Positions 46,789 through 57,252 of a stretch of 64,000 bases of DNA are shown in pieces (position 1 is the first letter of the stretch; each line of letters begins with the position of its first letter). Source of the DNA: Dehalococcoidia bacterium (GTDB lineage Bacteria > Chloroflexota > Dehalococcoidia > UBA2979). The translations under genes and the position numbers were made by a program. The notes under the pieces were generated by a model. That model was not told where the DNA came from and did no database searches. It worked only from the letters and a program-made list of their open reading frames with translations. Where the stretch lies: positions 896,001-960,000 of the forward strand of contig OZ253555.1 of NCBI GenBank assembly GCA_965262725.1. Reading direction: 5' to 3'.

Positions 46789-47547
46789 CTACCCGGATGG
46801 CCTCCGCGGTCGCTCTAGGAGTTCGCCGTCGACGTAGAGGTCGACCCTCTCGTTGTAGAAGGCGAGCAGTCCCTCGACCTTCGGGCATTCCGGGACCGGG
46901 AAGGGGTAGTGCCAGACGATGTCTCGGAAGTGTTCACGTCCGACCGTCACGGAGTGGTAGGAGGCGACGCCCTTGTACGGGCACTGCGTGTGGCTCTCGG
47001 AGGGCTCCAGGAGGTCGAGCCTCACGTCCTGCTTCGGGATGTAGTAGCGCGTCGGGAGCCCGGTCTCGAAGAGCAGCACCGGGCGCGTCGTATCGGCGAT
47101 GGTCTCGCCTGCGATCACCACGCGCACGTGGCGCGAGCTGTGGATGGCGTCGATCCGCTTGTGCGGGTCGCGCGGGTGGACGAAGACCTCCTCGTCCTCC
47201 TCGAACCACTGGTCCACCCGGTTCCAGTAGAAGGAGATGTGCTCGGCGAGCCGCTCCTGACCCGGGATCGGACGCTCGTAGCTCCACGCGACGTCCTCCT
47301 CGACGCGGCCACCGACGCGCAGCGTGTAGTACGCCGCCTCGCCCTTCGCCTCGCAGCGCGTCCGCTTCGTTCCCCGCTCGAGCAGGTCCATCCGCACGTC
47401 CGCCTTCGGGAGGTAGTAGACGGGCGTCAGTCCCTCCTCGAGCATCAGGAGCGGCAAGGTGGTGTCGGCGATCCACTCGCCGCCCGCCCGCACGCGCACG
47501 CGCCGCTCGCTCCGCTCGATCCGGACCTCCCGCGTCGTCTCCGCCAT
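46789..47547 (-). CDS. Tandem DUF427 domain protein
   Basis: Two repeats: YYLP..DV/TRCEAKG and YYIP..DV/TQCPYKG; HPRDPHKRID linker. Confidence 0.9.
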   Translation of the reverse strand: MAETTREVRIERSERRVRVRAGGEWIADTTLPLLMLEEGLTPVYYLPKADVRMDLLERGTKRTRCEAKGEAAYYTLRVGGRVEEDVAWSYERPIPGQERLAEHISFYWNRVDQWFEEDEEVFVHPRDPHKRIDAIHSSRHVRVVIAGETIADTTRPVLLFETGLPTRYYIPKQDVRLDLLEPSESHTQCPYKGVASYHSVTVGREHFRDIVWHYPFPVPECPKVEGLLAFYNERVDLYVDGELLERPRRPSG

Positions 47548-47596
47548 CGCCGTGCCTCCCTTTCGGCCGCGCCCCTCCCGACGGTCGAGGCTGGGG

Positions 47597-48784
47597 TCAA
47601 CCGCCCAGCCAGCGGTAGAGGATGCCGATCAGCGCGCCGCCGAGCACCAGCCACGCCGAGTTCACACGGAAGCGCACCACCAAGATCGCCGCGAGGACGG
47701 CAAGCGCTCCGGACATAACGTCCACGACCGCGTCGCGGGCGAGGATCACCGTGACCGCGGCCATCAGTCCCAGGGCCGCCACGTTGACGCCGTCGAGCAG
47801 CGCCGCCGTCCACGCGTGCCGGCGGAGCCGCGGCAGGAGGGGCCCGATCAGGCCGACGAAGAGGAACGACGGTACGAAGATCGCGACCGTCGCGATCACC
47901 GCTCCGGCGAATCCCCCCACGATGTAGCCGACGAAGGTCGCCGTCGTGAAGACGGGACCAGGCGTGACCTGCCCGACCGCGATCGCGTCCAGGAGTTGCT
48001 GGTCGGTGAGCCATCCCAGCCCCTCGACCAGGTCGCCGCGGAGGAAGGCGAGGAGGACGTAGCCGGAGCCGTAGAGGAGTGCCCCGACCTTGAGCATGAC
48101 CAGAAAGAGCGTGAACGCTGAGTAGCCGCTCACGCTGCCCGCCGCGGCGGGCGCCGCGGCGGCCGGCGCGAAGAGCAGGGTGAGCGGGAGCGCCCCGGCC
48201 GCGCGGCTCCGCTTGAGGGCGAGCCCGCCCCGCACGAGCGCGACCGCAAGCGCGCCCCCGAAGAGGAGCAGTAGTTCGTCTCCGCCGGCGAAGAAGAGAG
48301 CCGCCACCCCCACGCCCGCTGCGGCGAGCAGCGGCCCGCGCATGGCGGTGCGCCCGAGTCCCACGATCGCGTTGAGCACCACGGCGATCACGACGGGCTT
48401 CACGCCGTAGAGGAGATCCTGAGCCCACGGCCGCGTCCCGTACTCGACGTAGGCCCACGCGAGCGCCAGCACCATCACCGCCGCCGGGATGATGAAGGCG
48501 AGCCCCGCGACGATGAGGCCGCGCCAGCCCGCGCGCCGGTAGCCAAGGTGAATCGCAAGCTCGGTCGAGTTGGGACCGGGGATCAGGTTCGTCGCCCCGA
48601 GCAGGTCGAGGAAGTCTCCATCCGTCATCCAGCGCCGACGCGTCACGACTTGCTCGCGCATCATCGCGATATGGGCGGCCGGACCGCCGAAGGCGGTCGT
48701 CCCCAGCAGCAGGAAGAGCCGGGCGACCTCACGGACTGCTCCGCGCGCCGATTGCGGGGCCGGCAGCGGCGGACCGTCGGTCAC
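47597..48784 (-). CDS. chrA: Chromate efflux transporter (CHR family)
   Basis: FGGPAAHIA, PGPNSTE, YGSGYVL and GQVTPGP. Confidence 0.93.
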   Translation of the reverse strand: MTDGPPLPAPQSARGAVREVARLFLLLGTTAFGGPAAHIAMMREQVVTRRRWMTDGDFLDLLGATNLIPGPNSTELAIHLGYRRAGWRGLIVAGLAFIIPAAVMVLALAWAYVEYGTRPWAQDLLYGVKPVVIAVVLNAIVGLGRTAMRGPLLAAAGVGVAALFFAGGDELLLLFGGALAVALVRGGLALKRSRAAGALPLTLLFAPAAAAPAAAGSVSGYSAFTLFLVMLKVGALLYGSGYVLLAFLRGDLVEGLGWLTDQQLLDAIAVGQVTPGPVFTTATFVGYIVGGFAGAVIATVAIFVPSFLFVGLIGPLLPRLRRHAWTAALLDGVNVAALGLMAAVTVILARDAVVDVMSGALAVLAAILVVRFRVNSAWLVLGGALIGILYRWLGG

Positions 48785-48796
48785 GCGCCTTGGCTC

Positions 48797-49663
48797 CTAG
48801 AGCTCGAGTCCGTACACGCGCGCGACGTTGTCGCGCAAGAGCTTGCGCCGGGAGCCCGGCCTGAGTCCCAGCTCATCGATCTCACTCATCGTCCGTTCGA
48901 AGTCGAGCACGGGGAAGTCCGTGCCGAAGAGCACCTTGTCCTGCCCGTAGCTGTCGATGTAACGAACGAATTCGGGCGGCCAGTAGCGGGGCGAGTGCGC
49001 GTCCGAACCGATGTAGACGTTCGGGTGCTTCCACGCCATCGCGATCATCTCCGATGTCCAGGGGATGCCCACGTGGATGCCGATGAGCACGAGCTCCGGG
49101 AAGTCGCAGGCGACGGCATCGAGGGCTATGGGCCGTCCCGTCGAGCGCAGCGGGCGATCCGGCGCGTAGATCAGGGATTGTCCGACCTGCATCTGGATCG
49201 GCACCCCCAGCTCCACGCACTTGGCGTAGAACGGGTACATCTTTGCGTGGTCGGGCGGCAGCTCGAACCAGTGCGGGTAGAAGTGCGCGCCGATGAAGCC
49301 GAGTTCCGTGACGGCGCGTTCGAGCTCACGGACGCCCGCCATTCCCTCGGTCGGATCCACGCCGGCGAGGCCGTAGAAGCGGTCGGGGTGCTGTGCCACC
49401 GCGTCGGCCACCACCTCGTAGGGGATCCGCGCCGATGTCGGGTGGTGCTCGGGTCCCGCGCGCACGGCGACGAGGAAGGCGCGCTCTACCCCGGCCGCGT
49501 CCATGCGGTCGATGAGTTCGGGGAGGGTGAGCCCGGCGACCAGCCCGGGGTCGGCGCCGATCTTCCCGACCAGGAAGGTCTCCCGCCACATCGGCCGGTG
49601 CACGAGCGCCTCCGGCGTCCAGATGTTGACGACACAATCGATCGCCCGTACATCGTCGGTCAT
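48797..49663 (-). CDS. Amidohydrolase_2 family protein
   Basis: GLAGVDP, YPFYAKCVELGVP, FPEL...HVGIPW and KVLFGTDFP. Confidence 0.88.
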   Translation of the reverse strand: MTDDVRAIDCVVNIWTPEALVHRPMWRETFLVGKIGADPGLVAGLTLPELIDRMDAAGVERAFLVAVRAGPEHHPTSARIPYEVVADAVAQHPDRFYGLAGVDPTEGMAGVRELERAVTELGFIGAHFYPHWFELPPDHAKMYPFYAKCVELGVPIQMQVGQSLIYAPDRPLRSTGRPIALDAVACDFPELVLIGIHVGIPWTSEMIAMAWKHPNVYIGSDAHSPRYWPPEFVRYIDSYGQDKVLFGTDFPVLDFERTMSEIDELGLRPGSRRKLLRDNVARVYGLEL

Positions 49664-49775
49664 TGTTCCCCCAGACCGCTCCCGCTCCGCGGGATCCCTT
49701 CCGGCTGGGCGGCATCGTACGGGGCGAGGGGGACCCGCGCTCGCCAGAATCGCCGAGAGCTGCCATCGTTTTGGC

Positions 49776-51023
49776 ATGAGCTCAGGCGCGGTGACGATCG
49801 CGGACGTCGAGGGCGCTGCTCGGCGCCTCTCCGGCATCGTCCGCCGCACTCCGCTCTGGCCCTCCGTCGAGCTTTCCGACCGCCTGGGCGTTCCGGTCTC
49901 ACTGAAGTGCGAGAGTCTGCAGCGCACGGGCTCCTTCAAGATGCGCGGCGCCTCTAACATGCTCGCCACCGCGGATCCGCGCCCGCCGGGCGTCGTCGCC
50001 GCCTCGGCCGGGAACCACGCGCAGGGCGTGGCGCTCGCCGCGCGTGAGCTCGGTCTCCCGGCGACGGTGGTGATGCCGCGGCTGGCTCCGCTGGCGAAGA
50101 GGCGCGCGACGCGCGAGTACGGCGCCACCATCGAACTCCTCGACGGTCCGCTCGCGGCGTGCCAGGAGCGCGCCCGCGCGATCGCCGCCGAGCGAGGGCT
50201 GCTCTACGTCCCGCCCTACGACGCCCCCGACATCGTGGCCGGGCAGGGCACCCTCGGTCTGGAGGTAGTGGAGGACGTGCCCGATCTCGAGACGGTCCTC
50301 GTACCGGCGGGCGGCGGCGGGCTGCTGGCGGGAGTGGCCGTCGCGGTGAAGGCCCGCCGTCCTCAGGCGCGAGTCATCGGCGTGCAGACGCAGGCGATGC
50401 CGGGGATCCTCGATTCGCTGGCGTCCGGCGAGCCGCGGCAACTGCCGGCGCGGCACACGATCGCGGACGGCGCCGCCGTCTCTGGCCCCTCCGGGCTCAC
50501 CCTGGACCTGATTCGCCGCCACGTCACGGATGTCGTCGCCGTCAGCGAGGAGGAGGTGGCGCGTGGCCTGCTCTTCCTGCTGGAGACCTCGCGCCTCGTG
50601 GCGGAGGGGGCCGGCGCACTCGGCGTGGCGGCGCTGCTCGGCGGCCACGTGGAGCTCCGCGGGCCCACGGTGGCCGTCGTCTCCGGAGGGAATATCGACG
50701 TCAACCGCCTGGGGTGGCTGCTCGCTCGCGGGCTTGCCGCCGACGGGAGGCAGCGGACTCTCACCGTTGCCTGTGCGCATGTCCCGGGCGAGCTGGCGCG
50801 CATCACCGTCGCGATCGCGGCTCAGGGAGTCAACGTCGTCGAGATCGACCACGACCTGAGGTCGCCGGAGCTCCCGGTCGGGGTCGCGCGCGTCCGCCTG
50901 CGCCTCGACGTCGATGGCGCGGCGGCCTTCGACGCGCTCGTCGACTCGCTCCTCGACGCGGGCTTCCGCCGGGGCACGGCGACCGACCTAGAGACGCCGG
51001 CCGCGGCCGAGAATCCGCACTAG
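49776..51023 (+). CDS. ilvA: Threonine ammonia-lyase with C-terminal ACT domain (IlvA/TdcB medium form)
   Basis: LQRTGSFKMRG (PLP Lys), SAGNHAQG, GGGGL and SGGN; PGEL ACT motif. Confidence 0.88.
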   Translation: MSSGAVTIADVEGAARRLSGIVRRTPLWPSVELSDRLGVPVSLKCESLQRTGSFKMRGASNMLATADPRPPGVVAASAGNHAQGVALAARELGLPATVVMPRLAPLAKRRATREYGATIELLDGPLAACQERARAIAAERGLLYVPPYDAPDIVAGQGTLGLEVVEDVPDLETVLVPAGGGGLLAGVAVAVKARRPQARVIGVQTQAMPGILDSLASGEPRQLPARHTIADGAAVSGPSGLTLDLIRRHVTDVVAVSEEEVARGLLFLLETSRLVAEGAGALGVAALLGGHVELRGPTVAVVSGGNIDVNRLGWLLARGLAADGRQRTLTVACAHVPGELARITVAIAAQGVNVVEIDHDLRSPELPVGVARVRLRLDVDGAAAFDALVDSLLDAGFRRGTATDLETPAAAENPH

Positions 51024-51097
51024 CCCGCCGGCGCCGTCCCCACGCCGTCTGTGCTCGCGATCCGCGGCCTGCGCGCCTCGGAGGGAGGCGCCGGCGG

Positions 51098-51982
51098 CTA
51101 TCGCCGCGTCGCGAGCTCGGTCGATTCCGCGCCGTCGGGCCAGCCGAGGTACTCGGCGAGCGCTCGCCCGAGGATCCACTCGCGGTCGTCGTCGTCGAGG
51201 AAGTCCGCCTGCACGCGGACCACGTCGAGCTGCTCCTCGTAGCGGTCGTAGCCGATGCGCAGAGACTGCGTGTAGTCGGTCCCCCAAAAGAGGCGCTCGG
51301 GTCCGTACGCCTCGAAGACCCGGCGGAGGAGCGCGACACCGATCGGCGAGCGGTCGAAGGGGGGCTTCGCCGACACCTTGACCGCGACTCGGGGATGGCG
51401 GGCGAGATCGAGCACCTGCCCAATCTCGGGGTGGTCGAGGTCGGCCACGGCGTCGCCCCGGGCCTGGGCCAGCGCCTCAGCAACCGGCAGCCCCATGTGG
51501 TCGATGATCAGGCGCAGGCCGGGGTGGCGCCGAACGATTCGCTCCACGTAGTCTTTCGCGCCGGTGCTGAAGACGGCGACGGGTACATCGTGCCGCTCGC
51601 ACGCCTCCCAGAACGGATCGGCGGCCTCGTCGGATCCCCAGAAGGTGCGCAGGCGCGCGTGCACGTGCGTGCGGATGCCTATCATCCCCGGCTGGGAGAG
51701 CCATCCCGCGACCCGCTCGGGGGCGTCGGGAGCGGCCGGGTTGATGAGCCCCATCACGGCGAGTCGGGTCGGGTGGCGGGCGGCGCACTCCAGCCCGTAC
51801 TCGTTGTTCGTCCCCATGAACCCGGGCGGTACGATCACCGCGCGGTCGACGTCGGCGCGGTCCAGCACCGGGAGGAAGCGCTCCGGACCGTAAGGCTGGG
51901 GGAGGTTGGGTTCGCTGATCCCCGTCCACGGCCGATCGGGCCGGTTCTCTTCCCAGAGGTGGATCTGCGAGTCGGTGATCAC
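51098..51982 (-). CDS. Amidohydrolase_2 family protein (lactonase-like)
   Basis: TDSQIHLW, IIDHMG and RLFWGTDY; GTGA overlap with the upstream gene. Confidence 0.87.
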   Translation of the reverse strand: MITDSQIHLWEENRPDRPWTGISEPNLPQPYGPERFLPVLDRADVDRAVIVPPGFMGTNNEYGLECAARHPTRLAVMGLINPAAPDAPERVAGWLSQPGMIGIRTHVHARLRTFWGSDEAADPFWEACERHDVPVAVFSTGAKDYVERIVRRHPGLRLIIDHMGLPVAEALAQARGDAVADLDHPEIGQVLDLARHPRVAVKVSAKPPFDRSPIGVALLRRVFEAYGPERLFWGTDYTQSLRIGYDRYEEQLDVVRVQADFLDDDDREWILGRALAEYLGWPDGAESTELATRR

Positions 51983-52746
51983 GGGGCCGCGACCCCCTCC
52001 CGGGCGAGGTCGGCGCGGTAGCGCTCGATCCCGGCGTACGTGTCGGACGGGAGACCCTCCAGGTACTCGCTGATCTCGGCCAGGGGGAGCACGTCCCCGT
52101 ACTTGTTGTGGATGTCGAAAAGGTTGACGCGGTGGGTCACCTCGCCGCGGTCGAAGGTGCATTCCTCCACGACCTGCACGCGGTAGTTGAGGTTGAAGGC
52201 TTCGATCACGGTGGCCCGCACGCAGCCCGAGGTCGCGGTGCCGCAGATGATGACGTCGTCGATCCCAAGCAGCGTGAGGTAGCTCGCGAGCGGCGTGCCG
52301 TAGAACGCCGCGGGCTTCGTCTTCTCGATCACGAGCTCACCGGGGGCGGGCGCGATCTCCTCGACGATCTGCATGCCGATGCGCCGCGAGATCTCCGACT
52401 TGACGCGGGTCTCGCCGCGCGCGTTCTTCCACAGCCAGCCGCCGCGCTGGATCAGCGTCGCCTCGCGGGGGCCGGTGGTGTAGAAGACCGGCACGCCGCG
52501 CGCCCGGGCCTCCGCGAGCAGCACGCGGATCTGCCCGATGGCATCCCACGCCGCCTCGCCGCACGAGTTGTGGAAGCGCCTCTGCGACTCGCGGATGGGC
52601 TCGCGCCGATCGCCGGTGAAGTCGTAGCTCACGTCGATCACCAGCACGGCCGGCCGCGCGCCGAACTCGCCCCGCCGCCCGTAGCCGGCGGCCTCCCAGA
52701 TCTCCCGCTCCGACTCGGGGATCACCTCGTCCCATATGCGCGGCAT
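51979..52746 (-). CDS. Isochorismatase/cysteine hydrolase (N-carbamoylsarcosine or maleamate amidase-like)
   Basis: VIDV, EKTKPAAFYGT and GTATSGCVRAT (Asp-Lys-Cys triad). Confidence 0.9.
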   Translation of the reverse strand: MPRIWDEVIPESEREIWEAAGYGRRGEFGARPAVLVIDVSYDFTGDRREPIRESQRRFHNSCGEAAWDAIGQIRVLLAEARARGVPVFYTTGPREATLIQRGGWLWKNARGETRVKSEISRRIGMQIVEEIAPAPGELVIEKTKPAAFYGTPLASYLTLLGIDDVIICGTATSGCVRATVIEAFNLNYRVQVVEECTFDRGEVTHRVNLFDIHNKYGDVLPLAEISEYLEGLPSDTYAGIERYRADLAREGVAAP

Positions 52747-52787
52747 CCGCGTCCCCTCCCGCTCGAGTGACTCACCCGCCGGTGCGG

Positions 52788-54167
52788 CTATGCCGCCCCC
52801 CGCAGCTCGCGGCGCAGATAGCGGCCGTCGCCGGGGCTCCCGGTGATCTCGCCCTCCTCCATCACCACGCGCCCGCCCAGCACGGTCGCCACTGGCCAGC
52901 CACGGAAGCGCTCGCCCTCGAAGAGCGAGTAGTCGACGCCCAGGAGCTCCGCGCGGAAGTTGACCTCGCGGGCAAGATCGACGACGACGAGGTCGGCATC
53001 GGCCCCCGGCGCGATGCGCCCCTTCCCCACGAGCCCGAAGAGGCGCGCGGCGTTGGCGCTGGTGACCGCGGCCACCTGCGGCAGCGTGAGACGCCCCTCG
53101 CTGACGCCGCGTGCGAGCAGGAGGGGGAGGATCGTTGCCGAGCCCGGGACGCCGCCCCGGGCCTCCCAGATGTCGTCGAAGCCGCCCGCGCTCTTCTGGT
53201 CCCAGCGGATCGGGATGTGATCGGAGCCCATGCAGCTCACGCCGCCGTCACCGAGCGCCAGCCAGAGCGCCTCGTTGTCGGCGCGCCACTTGATGGCCGG
53301 GTTGTACTTCGCGAGCATCGCCTTCTCGTGGTCGGCGTGGATCTCGAGGTAGTGCGGGCAGGTCTCCCCGTCCATGCGCACGCCCCGCGAGCGAGCCTCG
53401 CGGATCACCTGCGGACCCTCGGCCGTGCTCATGTGCACCACGTAGAGGGGGCACCCCTGGAGCCCCGCGTAGTAGGCCGCGCGGCGCATGCACTCCTCCT
53501 CCAGGGCGTTGGGGCGCGATTCGCTCCAGGCGGCGGCGTCTCTCCGCCCCTCGGCGCGCAACCGCTCGCCGAGGACGGTCGCGATCTCCCAGTTCTCGGC
53601 GTGCACCATGGCGATCGCGGGGTCGCCGAGCGCCGCTATCTGGCCCAGCGCCTCGTAGAGCACGCCGTCGTCGACCGAGACGGTCGCCGGATAGAGCTCC
53701 CGTCCGCCAGCAGCGAAGTACATCTTGTACGAGGTCGCGCCATGTTCCCGGGCGAGCTCGGGGAGCTCGTGAACGTGCGCCATCGACTCGATGATCGGGG
53801 AGAAGGCGATATCGCAGTGTGCCGCGCTCCCCACCGCATCTATCTGCTGAGCGAGCAGGGGGCCGTACGGCTCGTCGGGGGAGGCGACGAAGACCATCGC
53901 GGTTGTGACGCCTCCCGCGATGAGCGAGCGTGTCTCGCGCTCGCAGATGGAGGCGAAGCCCTCCCCGGACGGCATGTGGACGTGCGGATCGATCACGCCG
54001 GGGAGCACGTGACGCCCGGTGGCCTCGAGCGTGCGCTCGGCGTCAAGCGGCGTACCGGGCTCCACCAGCGCGGCAATCCGGCCTCCCGAGACGGCGATCT
54101 CGCCGTGCCACTCCCCCTCCGGCGTGACGACGGTCCCGCCGACGATCGCCAGCTCGTACTTGGCCAC
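52788..54167 (-). CDS. Cyclic amidohydrolase (dihydropyrimidinase/allantoinase/dihydroorotase-like)
   Basis: PGVIDPHVH, SYKMY, VHAEN, VHMS, ETCPHYL and GSDH. Confidence 0.9.
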   Translation of the reverse strand: MAKYELAIVGGTVVTPEGEWHGEIAVSGGRIAALVEPGTPLDAERTLEATGRHVLPGVIDPHVHMPSGEGFASICERETRSLIAGGVTTAMVFVASPDEPYGPLLAQQIDAVGSAAHCDIAFSPIIESMAHVHELPELAREHGATSYKMYFAAGGRELYPATVSVDDGVLYEALGQIAALGDPAIAMVHAENWEIATVLGERLRAEGRRDAAAWSESRPNALEEECMRRAAYYAGLQGCPLYVVHMSTAEGPQVIREARSRGVRMDGETCPHYLEIHADHEKAMLAKYNPAIKWRADNEALWLALGDGGVSCMGSDHIPIRWDQKSAGGFDDIWEARGGVPGSATILPLLLARGVSEGRLTLPQVAAVTSANAARLFGLVGKGRIAPGADADLVVVDLAREVNFRAELLGVDYSLFEGERFRGWPVATVLGGRVVMEEGEITGSPGDGRYLRRELRGAA

Positions 54168-54187
54168 GCCGCCACCCCCGCCCGGCG

Positions 54188-54964
54188 CTAGTCCCCGGTG
54201 AACGTCGCCTCGCGTCCTTCGGCGAAGGAGGTGACCGCCTCGCGGTAGTCGCGCGAGGCGAGCACGCTCTTCGCCGCGTGGTGCAGGTAGTCGCGCGCTT
54301 CGGTGTAGCGCAGCGCGTGCAGAGCAACATCCTTGTAGATCTCGACCGCGCGCGGCGGGTTCGCGAGGATCTTCTTCGCGATCTCGAGCGCGGTCGGCAG
54401 GAGCTCGTCGGGCTCCACCAGGTGCGAGACGAAGCCCCACCTGTGCGCGAGCTCCGCCGGGATCATCTCCCCCGTGAGGCCGAGGTAGCTCGCCACCGCC
54501 GGCGGGTACGCTTTGACGAGCAGGTCGATGCGCCCCACCTGCCCCGCCTTGATCTCGAGATCGCCGAAGCGCGCCGCGGTCGAGGCGATGCGGATGTCAC
54601 AGTCGAGCGCGATGCCGTGCCCGCCGCCGACGCAGAGCCCGTTCACCGCGGCGATGATCGGTTTGCGGATCTCGTGCTGTCCGGGGAGGCCGAAGCGCCG
54701 CGGGTCGCGGCGCTCGGCGCGCGGCGGCTGCCTGCCCTCGCGCGCGTACATCGCGCGCTCCTTGAGGTCGGCCCCGGCGCAGAACGCTCGACCCGCGCCG
54801 GTGATGATGGCGACGCGCAGCCCGTCGTCCTCGTTGAACGCCTCCCACGCGTCACCGAGGTCGTGGTGAAGCTGCTCGTTCAGCGCGTTGAGGGCCTCGG
54901 GTCGGTTCATCGTGATGACCACGACCTCCCCCTGCGGCTCGTAGAGGACCGTCTTCAGTTCCAT
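54188..54964 (-). CDS. Enoyl-CoA hydratase/isomerase family protein
   Basis: NRPEALNAL, AFCAGADLKE and KPIIAAVNGLCVGGG. Confidence 0.92.
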   Translation of the reverse strand: MELKTVLYEPQGEVVVITMNRPEALNALNEQLHHDLGDAWEAFNEDDGLRVAIITGAGRAFCAGADLKERAMYAREGRQPPRAERRDPRRFGLPGQHEIRKPIIAAVNGLCVGGGHGIALDCDIRIASTAARFGDLEIKAGQVGRIDLLVKAYPPAVASYLGLTGEMIPAELAHRWGFVSHLVEPDELLPTALEIAKKILANPPRAVEIYKDVALHALRYTEARDYLHHAAKSVLASRDYREAVTSFAEGREATFTGD

Positions 54965-55119
54965 CGCTCGGCTCTCCCGCCCGCTTCGCGCCGCCGCCGG
55001 GCCGGAAGCATACCGCCATAGGAGGCCGGAACGTGGCGTTCGCTCGCTGGGAGCGCGCCGGTCGTGCTCGCAGCGTCCGCGACGCATCGCCTATGCTCGC
55101 CCCGGTACGGGAGGTTCCG

Positions 55120-56064
55120 ATGATCATCGATATGCACATCCACGTCTGGGATGAGGGCTACCAGCCGGAGGGCTACAAGCAGGGGATGGCGCTGGGCGCG
55201 GCGACGCGCCGCTGGCCACCCCGCGATCCGGCAACCATCCGGCCGCGGGTGATGTCAGGAGCGTCGGACCCCGAGGGCGAACTCCTGATCCCCGAACTCG
55301 ACCGCGCGGGCGTCGACGCGGCGGTCGCGATGGTGGTCGATATGGGACCCGCCTACGGCCAGGAACAGGACGTTCCGATCGACGAGGTGCTGGCGCAGCA
55401 CGCGCGGCTGATGGAGCGCTATCCAGGCAGGTTCTACGCTTACTTCGGCCGCGACCCGCGCCGCCCCGATACGCCCGAGCGTTTCCGCGAGGCCGTCGCG
55501 GAACAGGGGTTCCGCGGCATCAAGATCTACCCACCCTGCGGCTACCGGCCCGACGACGAGGTCTGCTGGCCGCTCTACGAGACCTGCATCGAGTTCGGGG
55601 TGCCGGCTCTCTTCCACACCGGGACAGCCTCGCCGCCGCTCGACCCCGGGCTCGTCCATCCGAGCCTGCTCTCGGCGGTCTCCCGGCGCTACCCCGAGCT
55701 GACTGTGATCTACGGCCACATCGGCCGTCCGCACTGGTGGCGGGACATTCTGCACATCTCCGGCAGCAATCCGAACGCGTACCTCGAGCTCTCGCAGTGG
55801 CACCGCGAGGCGAGTGTCGACCCCGGCGGCTTCGCGCTCGTGCTCGCCGAGATGCGCGACACCGTGGGTGCGCACCGCATCCTGATGGGGAGTGACTACT
55901 CAGCAGGCCCCAGGACCACGGGTGATCGTAGCTGGTACCCGGGCTGGATCGAGTACTTGCGGACGCTTCCGGAGCGAGGAGCGGAGTATGGCGTCTCCTT
56001 CTCGGAAGAGGAGATCGCTCTGATCTTGGGCGGAAACGCGCAGCGACTGCTGAAGCTGAGCTAG
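55120..56064 (+). CDS. Amidohydrolase_2 family protein
   Basis: IIDMHIH, GIKIYP, LFHTG, YGHIG and MGSDY; RBS GGAGG. Confidence 0.9.
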   Translation: MIIDMHIHVWDEGYQPEGYKQGMALGAATRRWPPRDPATIRPRVMSGASDPEGELLIPELDRAGVDAAVAMVVDMGPAYGQEQDVPIDEVLAQHARLMERYPGRFYAYFGRDPRRPDTPERFREAVAEQGFRGIKIYPPCGYRPDDEVCWPLYETCIEFGVPALFHTGTASPPLDPGLVHPSLLSAVSRRYPELTVIYGHIGRPHWWRDILHISGSNPNAYLELSQWHREASVDPGGFALVLAEMRDTVGAHRILMGSDYSAGPRTTGDRSWYPGWIEYLRTLPERGAEYGVSFSEEEIALILGGNAQRLLKLS

Positions 56065-56094
56065 TCGAGGTCCGGCGGCGAAAGGGGGCGACGG

Positions 56095-57147
56095 ATGAGA
56101 ATCGCGCTGCAGTACGCACCGGGGCCGCGGGTGACCGAACTCGGGCCGCTGTCCCGGGCCGCCGAGGATGCGGGTCTCGACGGCCTCGGCCTCGCATCGC
56201 CGTACGGCTTCTACAGCGGGGCTGGCCGGCTGATCGACTCCACGAAGCGGATCCGGGTGGCGACGAGCGTGCTTCCCCTCTTCCACGGCACACCCTTCTT
56301 GCATGCCTCCTCGGCGATGATGCTGCAGGAGATGTCGGGGGGACGCTTCATCCTGGGCGTCGGTTCGCAGACGAAGGGGCAGGTGCGCACGCAGGCCGGG
56401 TTCGACCCGGAGAAGCCGGCCCTGCGCGCGCGCGACATGGTGCGCGCGATCCGCGCGCTGCTCTCGGGCGAGGGCGGCTACGACGGCGAGTACTACCACG
56501 TCACCGGCGTCGGCTCGCTCGCTGCCGGGGGAGTCGGCGTCTCGCCGCCGCCGATCTATTTCTCCGGCGTCAATCCCCTCAACCTGCGCATTACCGGGGA
56601 AGTCGGCGACGGGATGCTGGCGCACCCGATCTTCTCGCGCCGCTACTACGACGACGTGGTCTGGCCGGCCGTCGAGGAGGGGATGCGCCGCGCAGGTCGT
56701 TCGCGCGCCGATTTCGAGATGTGCGCGATGCCGATGATCTGGGTCGTGGACGAGACGACGAGCCGCGAGGAGGGTCTCCGCCGCGGCAAGCGCAACCTCG
56801 CGAACTACTACTCGACGCGCGCCTACGGCGGGTACATGGAGTTCCATGGGTGGGCTCGCGAACGCGACGATATCAGGGCTGTGTGGGAGCGGGCGCGGAC
56901 GAGCGGGAAGCCCATCGATGGGCACGAGATGGAAGAGATCGTCTCCGACGCGATCGTGGAGGAGATCTGTCTGATCGGCACGGCCGACGAGGTCCGCGAG
57001 CTCGCGCGCGAGCGCTACGGGGGTGTGGCGGAGACACTCTTCATGTACTCGCTGCACGACGGCTACAACCGCGCGGGCGACGAGGCGGAAAAGAACGAAC
57101 AGAACCTCTACCGTGTGATCGAGGCGTTCCGCGGCTTCGAGGGCTGA
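56095..57147 (+). CDS. LLM class flavin-dependent oxidoreductase
   Basis: LQEMSGGRFILGVGSQ, PIYFSGVNP and GEVGDG..AHP. Confidence 0.9.
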   Translation: MRIALQYAPGPRVTELGPLSRAAEDAGLDGLGLASPYGFYSGAGRLIDSTKRIRVATSVLPLFHGTPFLHASSAMMLQEMSGGRFILGVGSQTKGQVRTQAGFDPEKPALRARDMVRAIRALLSGEGGYDGEYYHVTGVGSLAAGGVGVSPPPIYFSGVNPLNLRITGEVGDGMLAHPIFSRRYYDDVVWPAVEEGMRRAGRSRADFEMCAMPMIWVVDETTSREEGLRRGKRNLANYYSTRAYGGYMEFHGWARERDDIRAVWERARTSGKPIDGHEMEEIVSDAIVEEICLIGTADEVRELARERYGGVAETLFMYSLHDGYNRAGDEAEKNEQNLYRVIEAFRGFEG

Positions 57148-57252
57148 CGGGCGCGTTCCGCTCGTGGACAGCGCCGCAAGTAGCCAGCGTCGCCTGGCGT
57201 CGGGCCGTGGCTCCGCAGCGAGGTCTGAGCGTCCGGGCCTGGTCGAGGGTGG

